From positions 43,836,001 through 43,900,000 of the forward strand of contig NC_086097.1 of assembly GCF_963921235.1 (NCBI RefSeq): a DNA stretch of 64,000 nucleotides, written 5' to 3'. The DNA is from Mobula hypostoma (Eukaryota). The notes beneath the pieces were generated by a model. That model was not told the DNA's origin. It searched no databases and was given only the letters and a program-made list of their open reading frames with translations. Shown here one piece after another: positions 37,930-52,340 of this stretch; positions within the stretch are counted from its first letter, which is position 1; each line of letters opens with the position of its first letter. Position numbers and translations under genes: made by a program.

Positions 37930-39430
37930 GCTAGCTGGGGTGTTTGCTGACATCTTCAACTGCTCCTTGCTTCAGTCTAAGGTACCCTCGTGTTTTAAGA
38001 AGGCAACAATAATCCCAGTGCCAAAGAAGAGCAAGGTGGCAGTCCTGATTGACTATCGACCTGTGGCTCTGACATCAATTGCTATGAAGTGCTTCGAGAG
38101 ATTGGTTATGGCACACATCAACCACAGCCTACCGGTCAACCTCGACGCTTTGCAATTCGCCTACCGGAGCAACAGGTCAACAGCAGATGCCATCTCTCTG
38201 GCCCTACATTCCTCCTTAGAACACCTGGAGAACAAAGACGCATATGTAAGGCTCCTTTTCATTGACTACAGCTCTGCCTTTAATACCATCATTCCAAATA
38301 AACTGATTCCTAAGCTCCGGAACCTGGGCCTTAGCACTCAGATCTGCAGCTGGATCTTCAACTTCCTCACAGACAGGACCCAGGCTGTAAAAATAGGGGA
38401 CAAGCTCTCCTCCACAATCACTCTGAACACCGGTGCCCCACAAGGCTGTGTACTCAGCCCCCTGCTGTACTCACCGTACACCCATGATTGTGTAGCCAAG
38501 TTTCCATCGAACTCAACATATAAGTTTGCTGATGACACCACAATTGTAGGCTGTATCTCGGGTAATGATGAGTTTGAGTACAGAGAGGAAATTAAGAACC
38601 TGGTGGCATGGTGCGAAGACAATGACCTATCCCTCAATGTCAGCAAGACGAAGGAATTGGTTGTTGACTTCAGAAGGAGTAGCGGACTACACGACCCCAT
38701 TTACATCGGTGGTGCACAAGTGGAACAGGTTAAAAGCTTTAAGTTCCTCGGGGTCAATATCACAAATGACCTGACTTGGTCCAACCAAACAGAGTCCACT
38801 GCCAAGAAGGCCCACCAGCACCTTCACTTCCTGAGAAAACTAAAGAAATTTGGCCTGTCCCCTAAAGCTCTCACTAATTTTTATAGATGCACCATAGAAA
38901 GCATTCTTCTAGGGTGCATCACAACCTGGTATGGAAGTTGTCCTGTCCAAGACCGGAGGAAACTGCAGAAGATCGTGAACACAGCCTAGCACATCACACA
39001 AACCAATCTTCTGTCCTTGGACTCACTTTACACTGCACACTGTCGAAGCAGTGCTGCCAGGATAATCAAGGACACGACCCACCCAGCCAACACACTTCTC
39101 GTCCCTCTTCCCTCGGGGGGAAGGCTCAGGAGCTTGAAGACTCATACGGCCAGATTTGGGAACAGCTTCTTTCCAACTATGATAAGACTGCTGAACGGAT
39201 CCTGACCCGGATCTGGGCCGTACCCTCCAAATATCTGGACCTGCCTCTCGATTTTTTTTGCACTGCCTTACTTTCCATTTTCTATTTTGTATTTATGATT
39301 TATAATTTAAATTTTTAATGTTTACTATCGATTTGCAATCCAGGGAGCGGGAAGCACAGAATCGAATATCGCTGCGATGATTGTACGTGCTAGTATCAAT
39401 TGTTTGGTGACAATAAGGTAAAGTAAGTAA
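37930..39430 (+). mobile_element. Rex1/Babar LINE, 5'-truncated, near-intact RT
   Basis: 349-aa ORF 37940-38989 with [37 protein letters not shown]-terminus PLPSGGRLRSL after a stop; (GTAAA)-like tail. Confidence 0.95.
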
Positions 39431-39634
39431 ATTAATGAGTTGTTTAACTAAAGAGTTAAGTGATTTTTTGTAAATAATAATAAATTTTATTGTTACATTT
39501 TATTTTATAAAATTATTTAAATTACATATTCTCATTATTTTTGTTTTAAATAAATAATAAAATGAAATTACCTTTCTCATGTGACTATACCTTTTTTAAT
39601 TGTAAGTAGTTCAAAAGCTCAAAGTTTAATTTTT

Positions 39635-40245
39635 AGAAACACAGAACACAGAAAACCTACAGCACAATACAGGCCCTTCGGCCCACAAAACTATGCCGAA
39701 CATGTCCTTACTTTGCAAATTATCCAGGGTTACCCATAGCCCTTTATTTTTCTAAGCTCCATTTACCTATCCAGGAGTCTCTTAAAAGACCCTGTTGTGT
39801 CCGCATCCACCACTGTCACTGGCAGCCCATTCCACTTACTCATCACTCTCTGCGTAAAAAAACTTACCCCTGACATCTCCTCTGTACCTACTTCCAAGAA
39901 CCTTAAAACTGTGCCCTCTCATGCTAGCCATTTCAGCCCTGGGAAAAAGCATCTGACTATCCACACGATCAATGCCTCTCATCTCATCATTTTATACACC
40001 TCTATCAGGTCGTCTCTCATCCTCCGTTGCTCCAAGGAGAAATGGCCAAGTTCACTCAACCTATTCTCATAAGGCATGCTCCCCAATCCAGGCAACATCC
40101 TTGTAAATCTCCTCTGCACCCTTTCTATAGTTTCCACATCATTCCTGTCGTGAGGTGACCAGAACTGAGCACAGTACTCCAACTGGGCCTGACCAGGGTC
40201 CTATATAGCTGTAACATTACCTCTCGGCTCTTAAACTCAATTCCA
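39635..40245 (-). mobile_element. CR1 LINE 3' fragment
   Basis: ORF 39979-40182 EYCAQFWSP...ERVQRRFTRMLPG; tail agaaacacagaacacagaaaacc. Confidence 0.88.
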
Positions 40246-40604
40246 CATATTAAAATGTTATTTTTTTAGTATTCTTAACTTACAATTTTAGCATGTTTAT
40301 AAATATTACAAATATGTTAAAAATTGTAAATTTATGAATAAAAAAATTTTAAAAATCAAAATTAAACTTTGTGATTTTGAACTACTTACAATTAAAAAAC
40401 ATACAGTTGATTGGGAAAGGTATTGTCTAGTGTGTTTTATCATGTACTGAATTTAATTGGTAATGGGAATAAGAGAAAATCAGTGAATTGGGATAGAGAA
40501 GAGAGTAAACGCAGTGGAAGGGAGAGATACGTTTATCAGGGAATAGTTCACACCTGCCACTTCTGAAGAGATTTGTAGCACCTTTCTCTCTCAGTTGGAC
40601 AATT

Positions 40605-41025
40605 ACATGTTGAAGTCCCACTTCAGAGGCCTGAAATCTAGATTGACACATTACGCTGTCCTGAAGAAGTGCTGTACAGTCAAAGATGCCTTCTTTCAAG
40701 TAAGAAAATAAACTAAGGATCTCTCAACATCCCAGGAAGACAGAAAAGGTTATGTAGTTTTACAGAACGGCATGGCAGGCTATATTTGGTATTGCTCTCC
40801 AATCTACGTTACCAGGAGATATGATAGGGCTATCATCAAATCCATATCTCATAGCAAATCATAAACACAAAAGATTCTGCAGATGCTGGAAATTCAAAGC
40901 ATAGCTATTTGTGTTTCCTTCATTCCAACTTTGACTACACTTTGAAAGGATATTATTGACTATAAGGTGCTTTGAGACATCAGTAAGTCCATATGTAAGG
41001 GGCTATGTCAATGTGTGCTTTTATT
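40605..41025 (+). repeat. Highly degraded DeuSINE/SacSINE-like element
   Basis: gttgaagtcccacttcagag...gtgctgtacagtcaaagatgccttctttc head/Deu-like region and gactacactttgaaagg...gtgctttgagacatc tail (recognised from memory). Confidence 0.45.
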
Positions 41026-42222
41026 CTTAATGCTCAATCACAAAGTTTCTACTTATATTGGAAAAAGCTGCAACAAACATTCTGTGGGAGAGCAGGGAAT
41101 ACTTGGCAACAACTTTTATATTTTCCTGTTCAGTTTTATACTGTATATGCACCTCAGAAGCTGTGATCAGATTTCCTTCATTATAATAACAAGGGCAAAC
41201 TGCCTCAATATTATTCTTATAGTGAACTTCACACTAATAAAGTTCCTATAAATACATCTATCCTGCCTTTTAATTCATGGTTGGAATACATCACTTTTCC
41301 ATAACACCATTATAATCATGGAAGCCACTGCAATATAGAACAGTACAGGCCATTTGGCCCATGAAGTAGTGCTAACCCTTTAACCTACTCCAAGATCAAT
41401 CTAACCTACCCTCTCACTTAGCCTCCGTTTTTCTTTCATGTGTGCGGTGATCTCTTACATGTTGCTAATGTATCAACACCAACAATGTGCTCTAATCACT
41501 TCCCGCTCTCTATGGAAAGTTCAAGTTCAAGTTTATTGTCATCTGACTGCGTCTATACAACCCAACGACACAATGTTCCTCGGGACCATGGCGCACCCAC
41601 AAAACATATGTCACACACAGCACATAAAACAAAATATTACCATAAATAAGTTTAATAAATTATAATTCAAAATGCATGTAGTGTGCAGCACAGGTAAACA
41701 GTAAACACTCATTGCTGCAGTGACAAGATTCTCAGTTGTGACAGGGTATTCATTAGTCACACAGCCTGAGGGAATGAGCTGTTGCTGAGCCCCAGTCCTG
41801 ATCCTTCTGTACCTCCTTCCTGATGGTAGCGGGTCAAAGAGATTGTGGCATGGGTGGTTCTGAACCTTTACCTACAATGTCACAAACAGGAGGGAGGAAG
41901 AGGCTGGTGATTTCTCATTGTTTTTTAGCTATCTTTGGTAGGCTCTTGCAGTCCAATTCCTTGTAGCTTTCATACCACACAGTAATGCAGCCAGACAGGA
42001 CACGCTTGATGGTGCTCCAGTAGAAAGTTATTAGAATGGAGACTGGGGAGTAAAAAAAAACTATCTTTGACATCCCATCATACTTTATTTCAATTCCCTT
42101 AAAAGTATATCCTCTTGTATCAGCCAACCTCCATATCATCTAATAAAACTTATTAACTCAGCCTTCTACTTCCCCATCCAAATCATTTATAAAAATCACA
42201 AAGAGCAGGGAGTCCAAGAACA

Positions 42223-42644
42223 TTACTACTACGTTGACTCAGGCCTAGGGGGCCAGCGTCGGGCGCGATGACGGACTCTCCACTTCTCCCTCTCCCTCAT
42301 CAGTGTGGTCAGTTCATCTACATTAGCCGTGCCGCTGTCTTCTAGGAGCGTGCTGACCATAGTCTTGGGAGGGTGCCCAGGGTTCATCCTCCCGTGCTTG
42401 GGCTCCCATATGATGACTAGGCTGGCAGGTAGCTCGGGGTGGCGCTGGTTGCAGTCTTCTCGCCTCGATTTTAGTGGTGAGCATCGGTAGGTCGTCATAG
42501 AGCTCGAGGTTCGTCATGTGCTGTTGCCAACTCATGTCAAGAGCCATCCGGAGCATTCGTGTATAGCAGCCATCTAGAGACTTGCGCATAGTCTTGTTGA
42601 GTGTCCACGTCTTGCATCCGTACGTGAGAATAGACTCTATGACT
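42223..42644 (-). mobile_element. RTE-clade LINE 3' fragment (same family as 19032-19487), nested in a CR1 remnant
   Basis: VIESILTYGCKTWTL...REKWRVRHRAR; (TAG)n tail; near-TSD gtc(c/a)aagaaca at 42212-42222 and 42645-42655. Confidence 0.87.
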
Positions 42645-43134
42645 GTCAAAGAACAGATCTCTATGAAAAACCACTGGTCACCAACCTCCAGGCAGAATAC
42701 AGTCCATCTACTACCAGCCTCTGCCTTCTGTGGGCAAGCCAATTCTGAGGACAAGGAACCACTTTTCCGTGGATCCAAACATTCCTGACTTTCTGACTGA
42801 GGCTACCTTGTCTCTGGTTTTGCTAACTTTGAGTGAGAGATTGTTCTGGCACCACACAACCAGACTTTCCTTAATTAGAGTGTTTACAAATTATAACTAT
42901 TACCAGGCTCCAAAGATGATATAATGATGATTAAAATTGTTGTTTTTATTATTAACATTGTAAAGCAGTTCAAATGAGTACGAGTTAAATTTTCTTTATA
43001 TTTTCCTCTCTTTTTATACATTTTCTGAAACATGCAGATTTTTTATTCCATTCCAACAAAAGCTGCAACATGTACAATCTGTCTTCTCTTGTTGCTCTTC
43101 CTAATAAAGTGCATAACCTCAATTTTTCCACATA

Positions 43135-43850
43135 TATAATAATAATACTTTATTGATCCCGAGTGGGAAATTCTTTTGTTATAGCAGCAACTTTTAAAAA
43201 CACACTTAGCAGTGTGCAGACCGAACTAATAATAAAGTACAGAATAATAATATACACAATAATAATTTACCAATGTGCAATACTGTGCAATAATAATGTA
43301 CAAAATAGTAAAACAGAGACTATTGTACTATGATGTGTGTTCTCCTGTTGCACCAAGAAGAACTATTATATATGCTTATTGCATTTGGTGGGAAAGATTT
43401 TCTGTAACAATCTTTGTGACAGCAGAGCTGAATGAACCTGTTCAAAAAGGTGCTTCACTGATTATTCAGTAGGTCATGGAGAGGATGTGCCAGATTGTCC
43501 ATAATGGGTAACAGTTTGTTCAGTGACCTCCTCTCCATCACTAACTCAAGAGTCTGGGTTGTAGCCAAGGACGGATCCAGCCTTCTTGATGAGTTTATTT
43601 AGTCTTTTAGCATCTCCAGCACCGATGCTCTTCCCCCAACATAAAGCCACAAAGAAGACAGCACTCGCTACAACAGACTGGTAAAGGATCTCCAACGTCC
43701 TGCTGCACACATTGAAGGATCTCAGCTTCCTTAGAAAATAGAGTCTGCTCTTCCCTTATTGTAAACAGCCCTGGTGTTGGTTTTCCAGTCAGGTCTGTTG
43801 TTGAGGTGAACACACAAGTATTTGTACTCCTCCACCACCGCAACTTCTTC
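43135..43850 (-). mobile_element. Rex1/Babar-like LINE 3' fragment
   Basis: YKYLCVHLNNRPDWKTNT and LYFLRKLRSFNVC-like remnants; gggatcaataaagtattattattat tail. Confidence 0.78.
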
Positions 43851-44039
43851 TCCCAGACTGTTTACAGGACTCATCACAGTCCCCTTCCTCCTAAAATCAA
43901 TCAATTATACTTCTTCTTCCATCCTATTGCCCACTTGTTTAACTTTCCTGCATCTTTTTGCAAATACTTTGCACTCACTTCTATTGCTTTCATAACTGCA
44001 CTGTTAAACTAAGATAAGGAATGCTTACTGTTCCAAGCC

Positions 44040-47000
44040 CAGACCATATTTCAGTAAATCTGATCACTTGTCCGTCCTCCTCCTACCTGCATACAGGCAA
44101 CGGCGAAAGAGCAAAGCTCCAGAGATGAGAACGAAGAGGTGGTAGTGGGAGGCTGAGGAGTTGGTGGACTGGACTGTGTTCAGGGGCTCATCTGTGGATC
44201 TGAATGAATACACCATGATTATCATGGACTTTATTAACAGTTGCAGACAAGTGTGTCTCCACAAAATCATTCGGAGTCTTCTCCAACCAGAAGCTCTGGA
44301 TGAGCCATGAGATCTGCAATTTGCCGAGGGCCAGATCAGAGTCGTTCAAATCTGATGGCCAAGAAAATTACAAGAGGTCCAGGTATGATCTCTGGAAAGT
44401 TATCTCACGGGTGAAGTGGTAATTTTAGACACAAACAAGAGAAAATCTGCAGATGCTGGAAATCCAAGCAACGCACACAAAATGCTGGAGGAGCTCAGCA
44501 GGCCAGGCAGCATCTATGGAAAACAGCGAACAGTCGAGATTTTGGGCTGAGACTGTTCACCAGGACTGGAGAAGAAAGATGAGAAGCTAGAGTAAGAAGG
44601 TGGGGGGAGGGGAGGAAGAAATACAAAGTAGTAGGTGGGGGTTGGGGGGTGAGGGGTGAAGTAAAGACCTGGGAAGTCAATTGGTGAAAGAGATAAAGGG
44701 CTGGAGAAGGGGGAATCTGATAGGAGAGGACAGAAGGCCGTGGAAGAAAGGGAAGGGGGAGGAGCACCATAGCTATGTGTTAGGCAGGTAAAGAGATAAA
44801 GTGAGAGAGGGAAATTGGAATGGGGAATAGTGAAGTGGTGGGGGTTCATTACTGGAAGTTCAAGAAATTGATGTTCATGCCATCAGGTTGGAGGCTACCC
44901 AGATGGAATATAAGGTGTTGTTCCTCCAACCTGAGTGTGGCCTCATTGCGACAGTAGGGGAGCCTAGGACTGACATGTTGAAATGGGTATGGGAAGTGGA
45001 ATTAAAATGGGTGGACACTGGGATACATCACTTTTTCTGGTGGACAGAGCATAGGTGCTTGGCGAAGTGGTCTCCCAGTCTATGCTGGGTTTCACTGATA
45101 TACAGGACGCCACACCAGGAGCACTGGATACAGTAGGTGACCCCCCACAGACTCACAGATGAAGTGTTGCCTCACCTAGAAGGACTGTTTGGGGCCCTGA
45201 ATGGTAGTGAGGGAGGAGGTGTAGGGGCAGGTGTAGCACTTGTTCCACTTGCAAGGATAAGTGTCAGGAGGGAGGTCAGTGGGGAGGGATGATGGACAAG
45301 GAAGTCACGTAGGGAGCGATCCCTGCGGAAAGCAGAAAGTGGGGTGGACGGAGGGATCCCGTTGGAGATGGCGGAAGTTATGGAGAATTATGTGCTGGAC
45401 ACGGAAGCTGGTGGGGTGGTGGGTGAGGACAAGAGGAACCCTAACCCTGATGGGTGGCCAGAGAATGGGACGAGGGCAGACGTGTGTGAAATGGAAGAGA
45501 TGCAGTTGAGGGCAGTGTTGATGGTGGACTTTCCTGGACTAAACTTGAATCAACGAAGTATGGTCGACGGTTGTGGCAGGGCTTGAATGCTATTACCTCT
45601 TATAAAGTAAAATCAGATGAAATAAGCGGCACCAGGGGTTTTCATCCAGATAAGCTCAAGGCCCTTTATGCTCATTGACCATCAAAACAAGGAGGAACCA
45701 TCATGAACTTCCTCAGCTCTTGATGATTCTATGATTTCATTCTCTGAGGGCGATGTGTGATCAGTCTCAGGAGGGTGAACCCACGAAATGCATCTGGCCC
45801 AGACAGCCAAATACAAAAGACCTGCGCTGATCAACTGGCTGGAGTGTTCACAGAGAACTTTAACCTCTTAGTTTGGCAGTCTGACGTACCTGCTTCAAGC
45901 AGACTTCAATTGTACCGATCCCCGAGAAGAACGTGGAAAACTACCTCAATGCCTGCTGTCCAGTAGCACCTACATCCACAATGATGAAGTGCTCTGAGAG
46001 GTTGGTGATGAAACATATCAACTCCTGCTTGAGAAGTGACTTGGGTCCACTCCAATTTGCCTACTGGAGCAATAGTTTTACAGCAGATGCCATCTCACTG
46101 CCTCTTCACTCAGCCCTAGAACAACTGGACAGCAAAGACACATATATTAGGATGTCCTTTATTGACACAGCTCAGCATTCAATACCATCATCTTCTCAAA
46201 ACTAATCAATAAGCTTCAAGACCTTGGTCTCAATACCTCTTAGTGCAATTGGATCCTCGATTTCCTCACTTGCAGACCCCAGTCAGTCCAGATTGGCAAC
46301 AAGGTCTCTACGATCTCCATCGGCAATCTCCTATGAGCCAGTATAAGGCCAATCTCAAATGAGCCAGCCTTCATTAGAGGATCGGAGGTAGAGAGGATCA
46401 GTAACTTTAAATTTCTTGGCATTATCATATCAGAGGTTCTTTCTTGAGATCAGCATGTAAGTGCCATTATAAAGATGACACAACAGTTTCTAAGAAGTTT
46501 GCATAGATTTGGCTTATCACCTAAAACTTTGTCAAGTCCTAACTAGTTGCATCATGGCCCGGTATGGAAACACCAATGCCCAGGATTGGAAAAGTCTACA
46601 GAATGTGGTGGATACAGGCTAGTCCATCACAGGAGAAGCCTCCCCAATCATTTACATTGAGCACTGCCACAAGGAAGCAGCATCCATCATCAAGGACCCG
46701 TACCATCCAGGCCAGGCTCCCTTTTTGCCACTATCATCGGGCAGGAGATACAGAAGCCTTAGGTCTCACGCTACCAGGTTCAGGAACAGATGTTATCCTA
46801 CAGCCATCAGCCCCCTGAACCAGTGGGGAGAACCTCACTTGGAACTGATCCCACAACCTACAGACTCACTTTCAAGGACAATACAACTCGTGTTCTCAGT
46901 AATATTTATTTTATTTGCACAATTGATCTTTTTTTCTTGAACATTGGCTGTTTGTCATTCTTTGCTTATGTATGGTTTTTCATAAATCCTATCATATTTC

Positions 47001-47090
47001 TTCATTTTGCTGTTAGTGCCTGGAAGAAAATGAATCGCAAGGTAGGTAGTATATTATATACACACTTTGAAAATTAATTTACTTTGACTA
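44040..47090 (+). mobile_element. Degraded Rex1/Babar-like LINE split by the Penelope at 44428-45525
   Basis: SDH-like start; [40 protein letters not shown]; coding remnant continues across the insertion. Confidence 0.8.
44428..45525 (-). mobile_element. Penelope-like element, 5'-truncated (RT C-terminus, GIY-YIG, terminus)
   Basis: Reverse complement of the 63170-64000-type sequence; terminus with tail at 44428-44570 and a decayed hammerhead. Confidence 0.88.
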
Positions 47091-48996
47091 TAAACTAAGG
47101 ACACAGTGATATCACACAAGTGTCTGTGCTATTGAAACATCCCATTTATTCCTATTCTTTGTTTTCAATCTTTTAATCAGCACTCCTTGATACTTTTTCT
47201 TCCTGGCCATCAGTTTTTTTATTTTAATTAACTGTTTATTTGGAGATACACCAAGGTGTACACCAACCAAATGAAAATTTGCGGCCTGATTTCACCTATG
47301 TGACCAATTAATTTACTAACCAGTACATTTTTGGATTGCGAGAGGAAATCGGAGGAAATTCACTCAGTTACAGGGAGAATGTATCTCCGTGTATTTATAT
47401 ACACACACACATTCATAGGGAAAGCTTCCGGAGTAAACCCTGAGCGAAAAATCCAGAGCAGGAGTCCCTAAGGCAGTCTTACATTGAGATCAATGCTGAC
47501 CAGAAACTCCTGTGACGTTGCTGGTGCTAAACTGTATTGGTCTCTGCCATTCCTTTGGGTTTATCATGATGCCTGGAGAGGGGGAGCTTGCTACGTGGGC
47601 AACAGATTGCTCTCCATATTGTACTGCCCTGACTTTCCTATCTAGACAGCTAGGACGCAACATTCGTGGTCGTCCCTAACCGATGGAGGCCTCATATACG
47701 GTGTGCATTCAGGCTTGGTGATGCTGGAAATGGCCAGCAGTGAAAATGAAGGATTTCACTACTTCAACAAGTAGAATTTGAAAGTAGTGACAATCATTTT
47801 GAATGTGATACAAGAAAATGAAGATTTGGAGGATGCAATCATTGAAAGCATTGTATGAAGACTGTCCATTATTTGCACTAGGTGTCTGTGCTGATTTTGT
47901 CCATTTACAATCAATCAAAAGAATGCAGCAGTGTACACTGGATGAATCACTCTGTCGATAACTATTAGTATTACAGTACTGTAGTAGTATTGGCTCAATC
48001 ACCTTTGGTCCCCGCTGGACACTCATTTGTTCTGTATTTCATTTAGATACATAATTTGTTACTCAGTGAAATGGTAGTTTTTCTTTTTTTTAATATACTT
48101 TTAACTAATTCCATGAAAATTCAACTAATTGGGGTAGCCACCTAATTGGGCCAAAAAGTACTGGGTCCAATGCATCACAATTAACTGTACATTTTATATA
48201 TACCGTATATATAAACACATATACACACACACACACATAGAGTATATATTTATGTATCTGTATGTGTGTATGTATACATTTTTTTCTTAGTGTAGTAATT
48301 ATTAAATGTCCTTGGAAATCCAGGTATATTCAATCTATGTTCTCTCCCTATTAAAACTTCTAGATAAATATTTAAATAGAACTTTCCATTTATTCACATA
48401 TACTTGGATGTATTGAAATCAAAATATACAGAATTCTTCAACATAATCCATATGAATTATTTCAATTATCAGTTTACAAAATAATAATTCAAAGAAAGAT
48501 TGATTTATCTATTGGATAAATGACTTTTTAAACTTTAAATCAAAGATTTGTATACTAATTGTATACTAATATCATTAAGAAGTAACCTATAAAAGCTTAA
48601 CAGAAGAATTCACTCTTGGAAATAGTTTAATGAGCTACTCATTTTGCTAATGGTACTGGAACACAAGGGCTGCCATCTTTCCAAAGATGTTGCAGGAATC
48701 ACACTCCCAGGTTCAGGAACAGTTATTACTCCTCAACAATCAGGCTCTTGAACCAGAGGGGCTAACTTCACTTTCCCTACTGTTTCCACAACCTATGGAC
48801 TTAGTTTCATGTTCTTGATATATATTTCTTATTTATTTATTAATTATTATTACTACTTACTTTTTTCTTTCTTTTTGTATTTTCACAGTTTGTTGTCTTT
48901 TGCACATGGGTTGTGTGTCTGTAGTATTGGATGTGGTCTTTCATTGATTCTATTCTGTTTTTTGTATTTATTGTAAAAGCCGGCATGAAAATGAAT

Positions 48997-50125
48997 CTCA
49001 GGGTACATGGTATTGGGGGCAGAGTACTGACATGGATTAAAAATTGGCTGGCTGACAGAAAACAAAGAGTAGGGATTAACGGGTCCCTTTCGGAATGGCA
49101 GGCGGTGACCAGTGGGGTACCGCAGGGTTCAGTGCTGGGACCGCAGCTGTTTACAATATATATTAATGATTTAGATGAGGGAATTAAAAGTAACATTAGC
49201 AAATTTGCCGTTGACACAAAGCTGTGTGGCAGTGTGAAATGTGAGGAGGATGTTATGAGAATGCAGGGTGACTTGGACAGGCTGGGTGAGTGGGCAGATG
49301 CATGGCAGATGCAGTTTAATGTGGATAAATGTGAGGTTATCCACTTTGGTGGTAAGAACGGGAAGGCAGATTATTATCTAACTTAGGAAAAGGGGAAGCA
49401 CAACGAGATCTAGGTGTTCCTGTATATCAGTCACTGAAAGCAAGCATGCAAGTACAGCAGGCAGTGAAGAAAGCTAATGGCATGCTGGCCTTCATAACAA
49501 GGGGAATTGAGTATAAGAGCAAAGAGGTCCTTCTGCAGCTGTACAGGGCCCTGGTGAGACCACACCTGGAGTACTGTGTGCAGTTTTGGTCTCCAAATTT
49601 GAGGAAGGACATTCTTGCTATTGAGGGAGTGCAGCGTAGGTTCACGAGGTTAATTCCCGGGATGGCGGGACTGTCATATGTCGAAAGATTGGAGCGACTG
49701 GGCTTGTAGACTCTGGAATTTTGAAGGCTGAGAGGGGATCGTATTGAAACATATAAGATTATTAAGGGATTGGACACGCTGGAGGCAGGAAGCATGTTCC
49801 CGCTGATGGGTGAGTCCAGAACCAGAGGCCACAGTTTAAGAATAAGGGGTAAGCCATTTAGAACGGAGTTGAGGAAAAACTTTTTCACCCAGAGAGTGGT
49901 GGATATATGGAATGCTCTGCCCCAGAAGGCTGTGGAGGCCAAGTCTCTGGATGCTTTCAAGAAAGAGATGGATAGAGCTCTTAAAGATAGTGGAATCAAA
50001 GGTTATGGGGATAAGGCAGGAACTGGATACCGATTGTGGATGATCAGCCATGATCACGGTGAATGGCGGTGCTGGTTCGAAGGGCCGAATGGCCTACTCC
50101 TGCACCTATTGTCTATTGTCTATTG
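48997..50125 (+). mobile_element. CR1 LINE, 5'-truncated, inserted in a Rex-like 3' tail
   Basis: GVPQGSVLGPQLF, LVRPHLEYCVQFWSP, FFTQRVVDIWN; (CTATTGT)n tail at 50107-50126; Rex-type tail aaaatgaatctcagggta...atggtgacatacatg flanks it. Confidence 0.93.
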
Positions 50126-50224
50126 TATGGTGACATACATGTAGTTTGATAATAAACCTACTTTGAACTTTTTAATTTTCAACTTCGAGCATCTCATTGC
50201 ATTTACAGCACAGAATTTTACTAT

Positions 50225-50345
50225 TTTACTGTTTTACTATTTAACTATTTATGGTTCTATTACTATTTATTATTTATGGTGCAACTGTAACAAAAACCAA
50301 TTTCCCCCGGGATCAATAAAGTATGACTATGACTATGACTATGAC
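50225..50345 (+). repeat. Rex1/Babar 3' tail fragment
   Basis: Matches 10275-10381, including the gggatcaataaag(tatgac)n tail. Confidence 0.85.
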
Positions 50346-50439
50346 CAGAAGCAGATCCCATGGCACACCAAGTACCCATTTACACGAATCCGATACCAAT
50401 TTTAATTTATTCTCCCCACATTATCTCATCACCCTTCGG

Positions 50440-50610
50440 ATTCTATCACTAGAGGCAATTCATTGTGGCCAACTATCCTCAGGATGTGGGAGGAAACCAG
50501 AGCATCCAAATGAAACCTACTCAGTTACAGAGTAGTCCACACAAATGTAACCCAGGGTCAGGACTGAACCTAGGTTGCTAGATCTGTGAGGCAGCTTCTC
50601 TACTGGCTTG
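50440..50610 (-). repeat. Degraded V-SINE/HE1-like SINE
   Basis: ggatgtgggaggaaaccagagcatcc (V-domain-like) and caggactgaacctagg (B-box-like, reversed). Confidence 0.5.
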
Positions 50611-50699
50611 CTCCTGTGCTCTGGGAGTTGTTCAGCCAAGGGCCCATCTCTCTCCTCAGGGGGACATAAAAGATTTCAGGCATCATTTCCAGAAAGGTC

Positions 50700-52340
50700 A
50701 GAGGTGCTCATGTAGATGTGCTCAATGGTGGGGAGGGCTTTACCCATGGTAGCCTGGGCCATATCCACTACTTTTTGTCGGATTTTCCATTCCAGGCTGT
50801 AATGCAACCAGTTAATATATGCTCCATCACACATGCATATTAAAGTCATGCCAAATCTTCGTAAACATCTAAGGAATTAAGGCGCTGCCTCTAATTCTTT
50901 GTAATTGTAGGTAAATGCTGGACACAGGACTGATCTTCAGAAATGATAACACTCAAGAATTTAAAGTTGCTGACACTCTCCACCTCTGATTCCCCCATGA
51001 GGACTGGCTCATGGACCTCCGACTTCCTCCTCTTGAAGTCAATAGCCATCTCCTTGGTCTTGCTGATATGAGTGAGAGGTTGCTGTTGATGTACCACGCA
51101 GCTAGATTTTCAATCTCCCTCCTATATGCTGATTCCTCACCACCTTTAATTCGGCTGACGATAGTGGTCTCATCAGTAGACATAAATATGGCACTGGAGC
51201 TGTGCTGAGCCTCACAGTCATAAGTAAAAAGAGAGTAGAGCAGGGGACTAAGCACACAGCTTTGTGATGCACCTGCGCCAATGGAGACTGTGGAGGCAAT
51301 GTTGCTAAACTGAACCGACTGGGGTCTGCAAGTGAGGAAATTGATAGTTTTGAGGAGCTGATGGAATTGAAAGCTGACCTGTTAAGAGCATTCTGATGTA
51401 TGCATGTTTGCTGTCCAGATGTTCCAGGTTTGAGTGAAGAGCCAATGAAATGACATCTGCTGTGGACCTGTTATGCCCATAGGCACATTAGAGCAGATCC
51501 AAGTCTTCCAGGAGATGATATGTTTCATCACTGGCCTCTCAAAACACTTTATCACAGTGGATGTAAGTGCTACTGGACAATAGTCATTGAGGTAGGTTAC
51601 CACGTTCTTCTTACGCACCCGTATAGTTGAAGCCAGCTTGAAGCAGCTGGGAACCTCAGACCGCCAAAGCGCATGGTTAAAGATATCAGTGAACACTCCA
51701 GCCAGTTAATCAGCACAGTCTTTAGTTTTAGGCCAGGTACCCCATCTGGGCTGGATGCTTTCCATGGTTTCAGCTTCTCGAAGGATGCTCACACTTTGGC
51801 CACAGAGACCGAAATCGCAGGGTCATTGGAATTGTGGGAGTTCATGAAGGCTTCTCCATGTGTTGACGGTCAAAGTCGGCACAAAAGACATTAAGCTCAT
51901 CTGGGTGCAAAGCCTTGTTATCACCTACATCTGTTGGTTTCACTTTGTAAGTGGTGATAGCATTCAAGCCCTGCCACAGTTGTCCAGCATCCTTCAGTGA
52001 TTCAAGTCTGGTCTGAATTACCACTTTGCCTGTGAGATGGCTTCCTGGAGGTCGTACTTGGACCTCTTGAATTTTACTTGGTTGCCAGACCTGAGTGCCT
52101 CTGATCTGGCCCTCAACAGATTGCGGATCTCATGGTTCATACAAGGCTTTTGGTTAAGGAAGACTGATTGATTTTGTGGGGACAACACTTGGCTACAACT
52201 GTTTTTATAATGTCTGTGACAGCAGTGGTGTATTCATTCAGATCCTCTGCGTCCTTGAACATGGCCCAGTCCACTAACTCCGAGCAATCCCACAGCAGCT
52301 CTTCTGCCCCCAACGACCACCTCTTTGTTTTCCTCGTCTC
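50700..52340 (-). mobile_element. Degraded Rex1/Babar-like LINE
   Basis: ORFs 51382-51696 DYCPVALTSTVIKCFER, 50953-51255 LSPLLYSLFTYDC, 50891-51097 SKTKEMAIDF. Confidence 0.82.

Noticed and set aside
47410..47700. Possible RTE 5' UTR remnant with an HDV-like ribozyme
   Set aside because: Only a vague resemblance. I could not build the nested double pseudoknot from the sequence.
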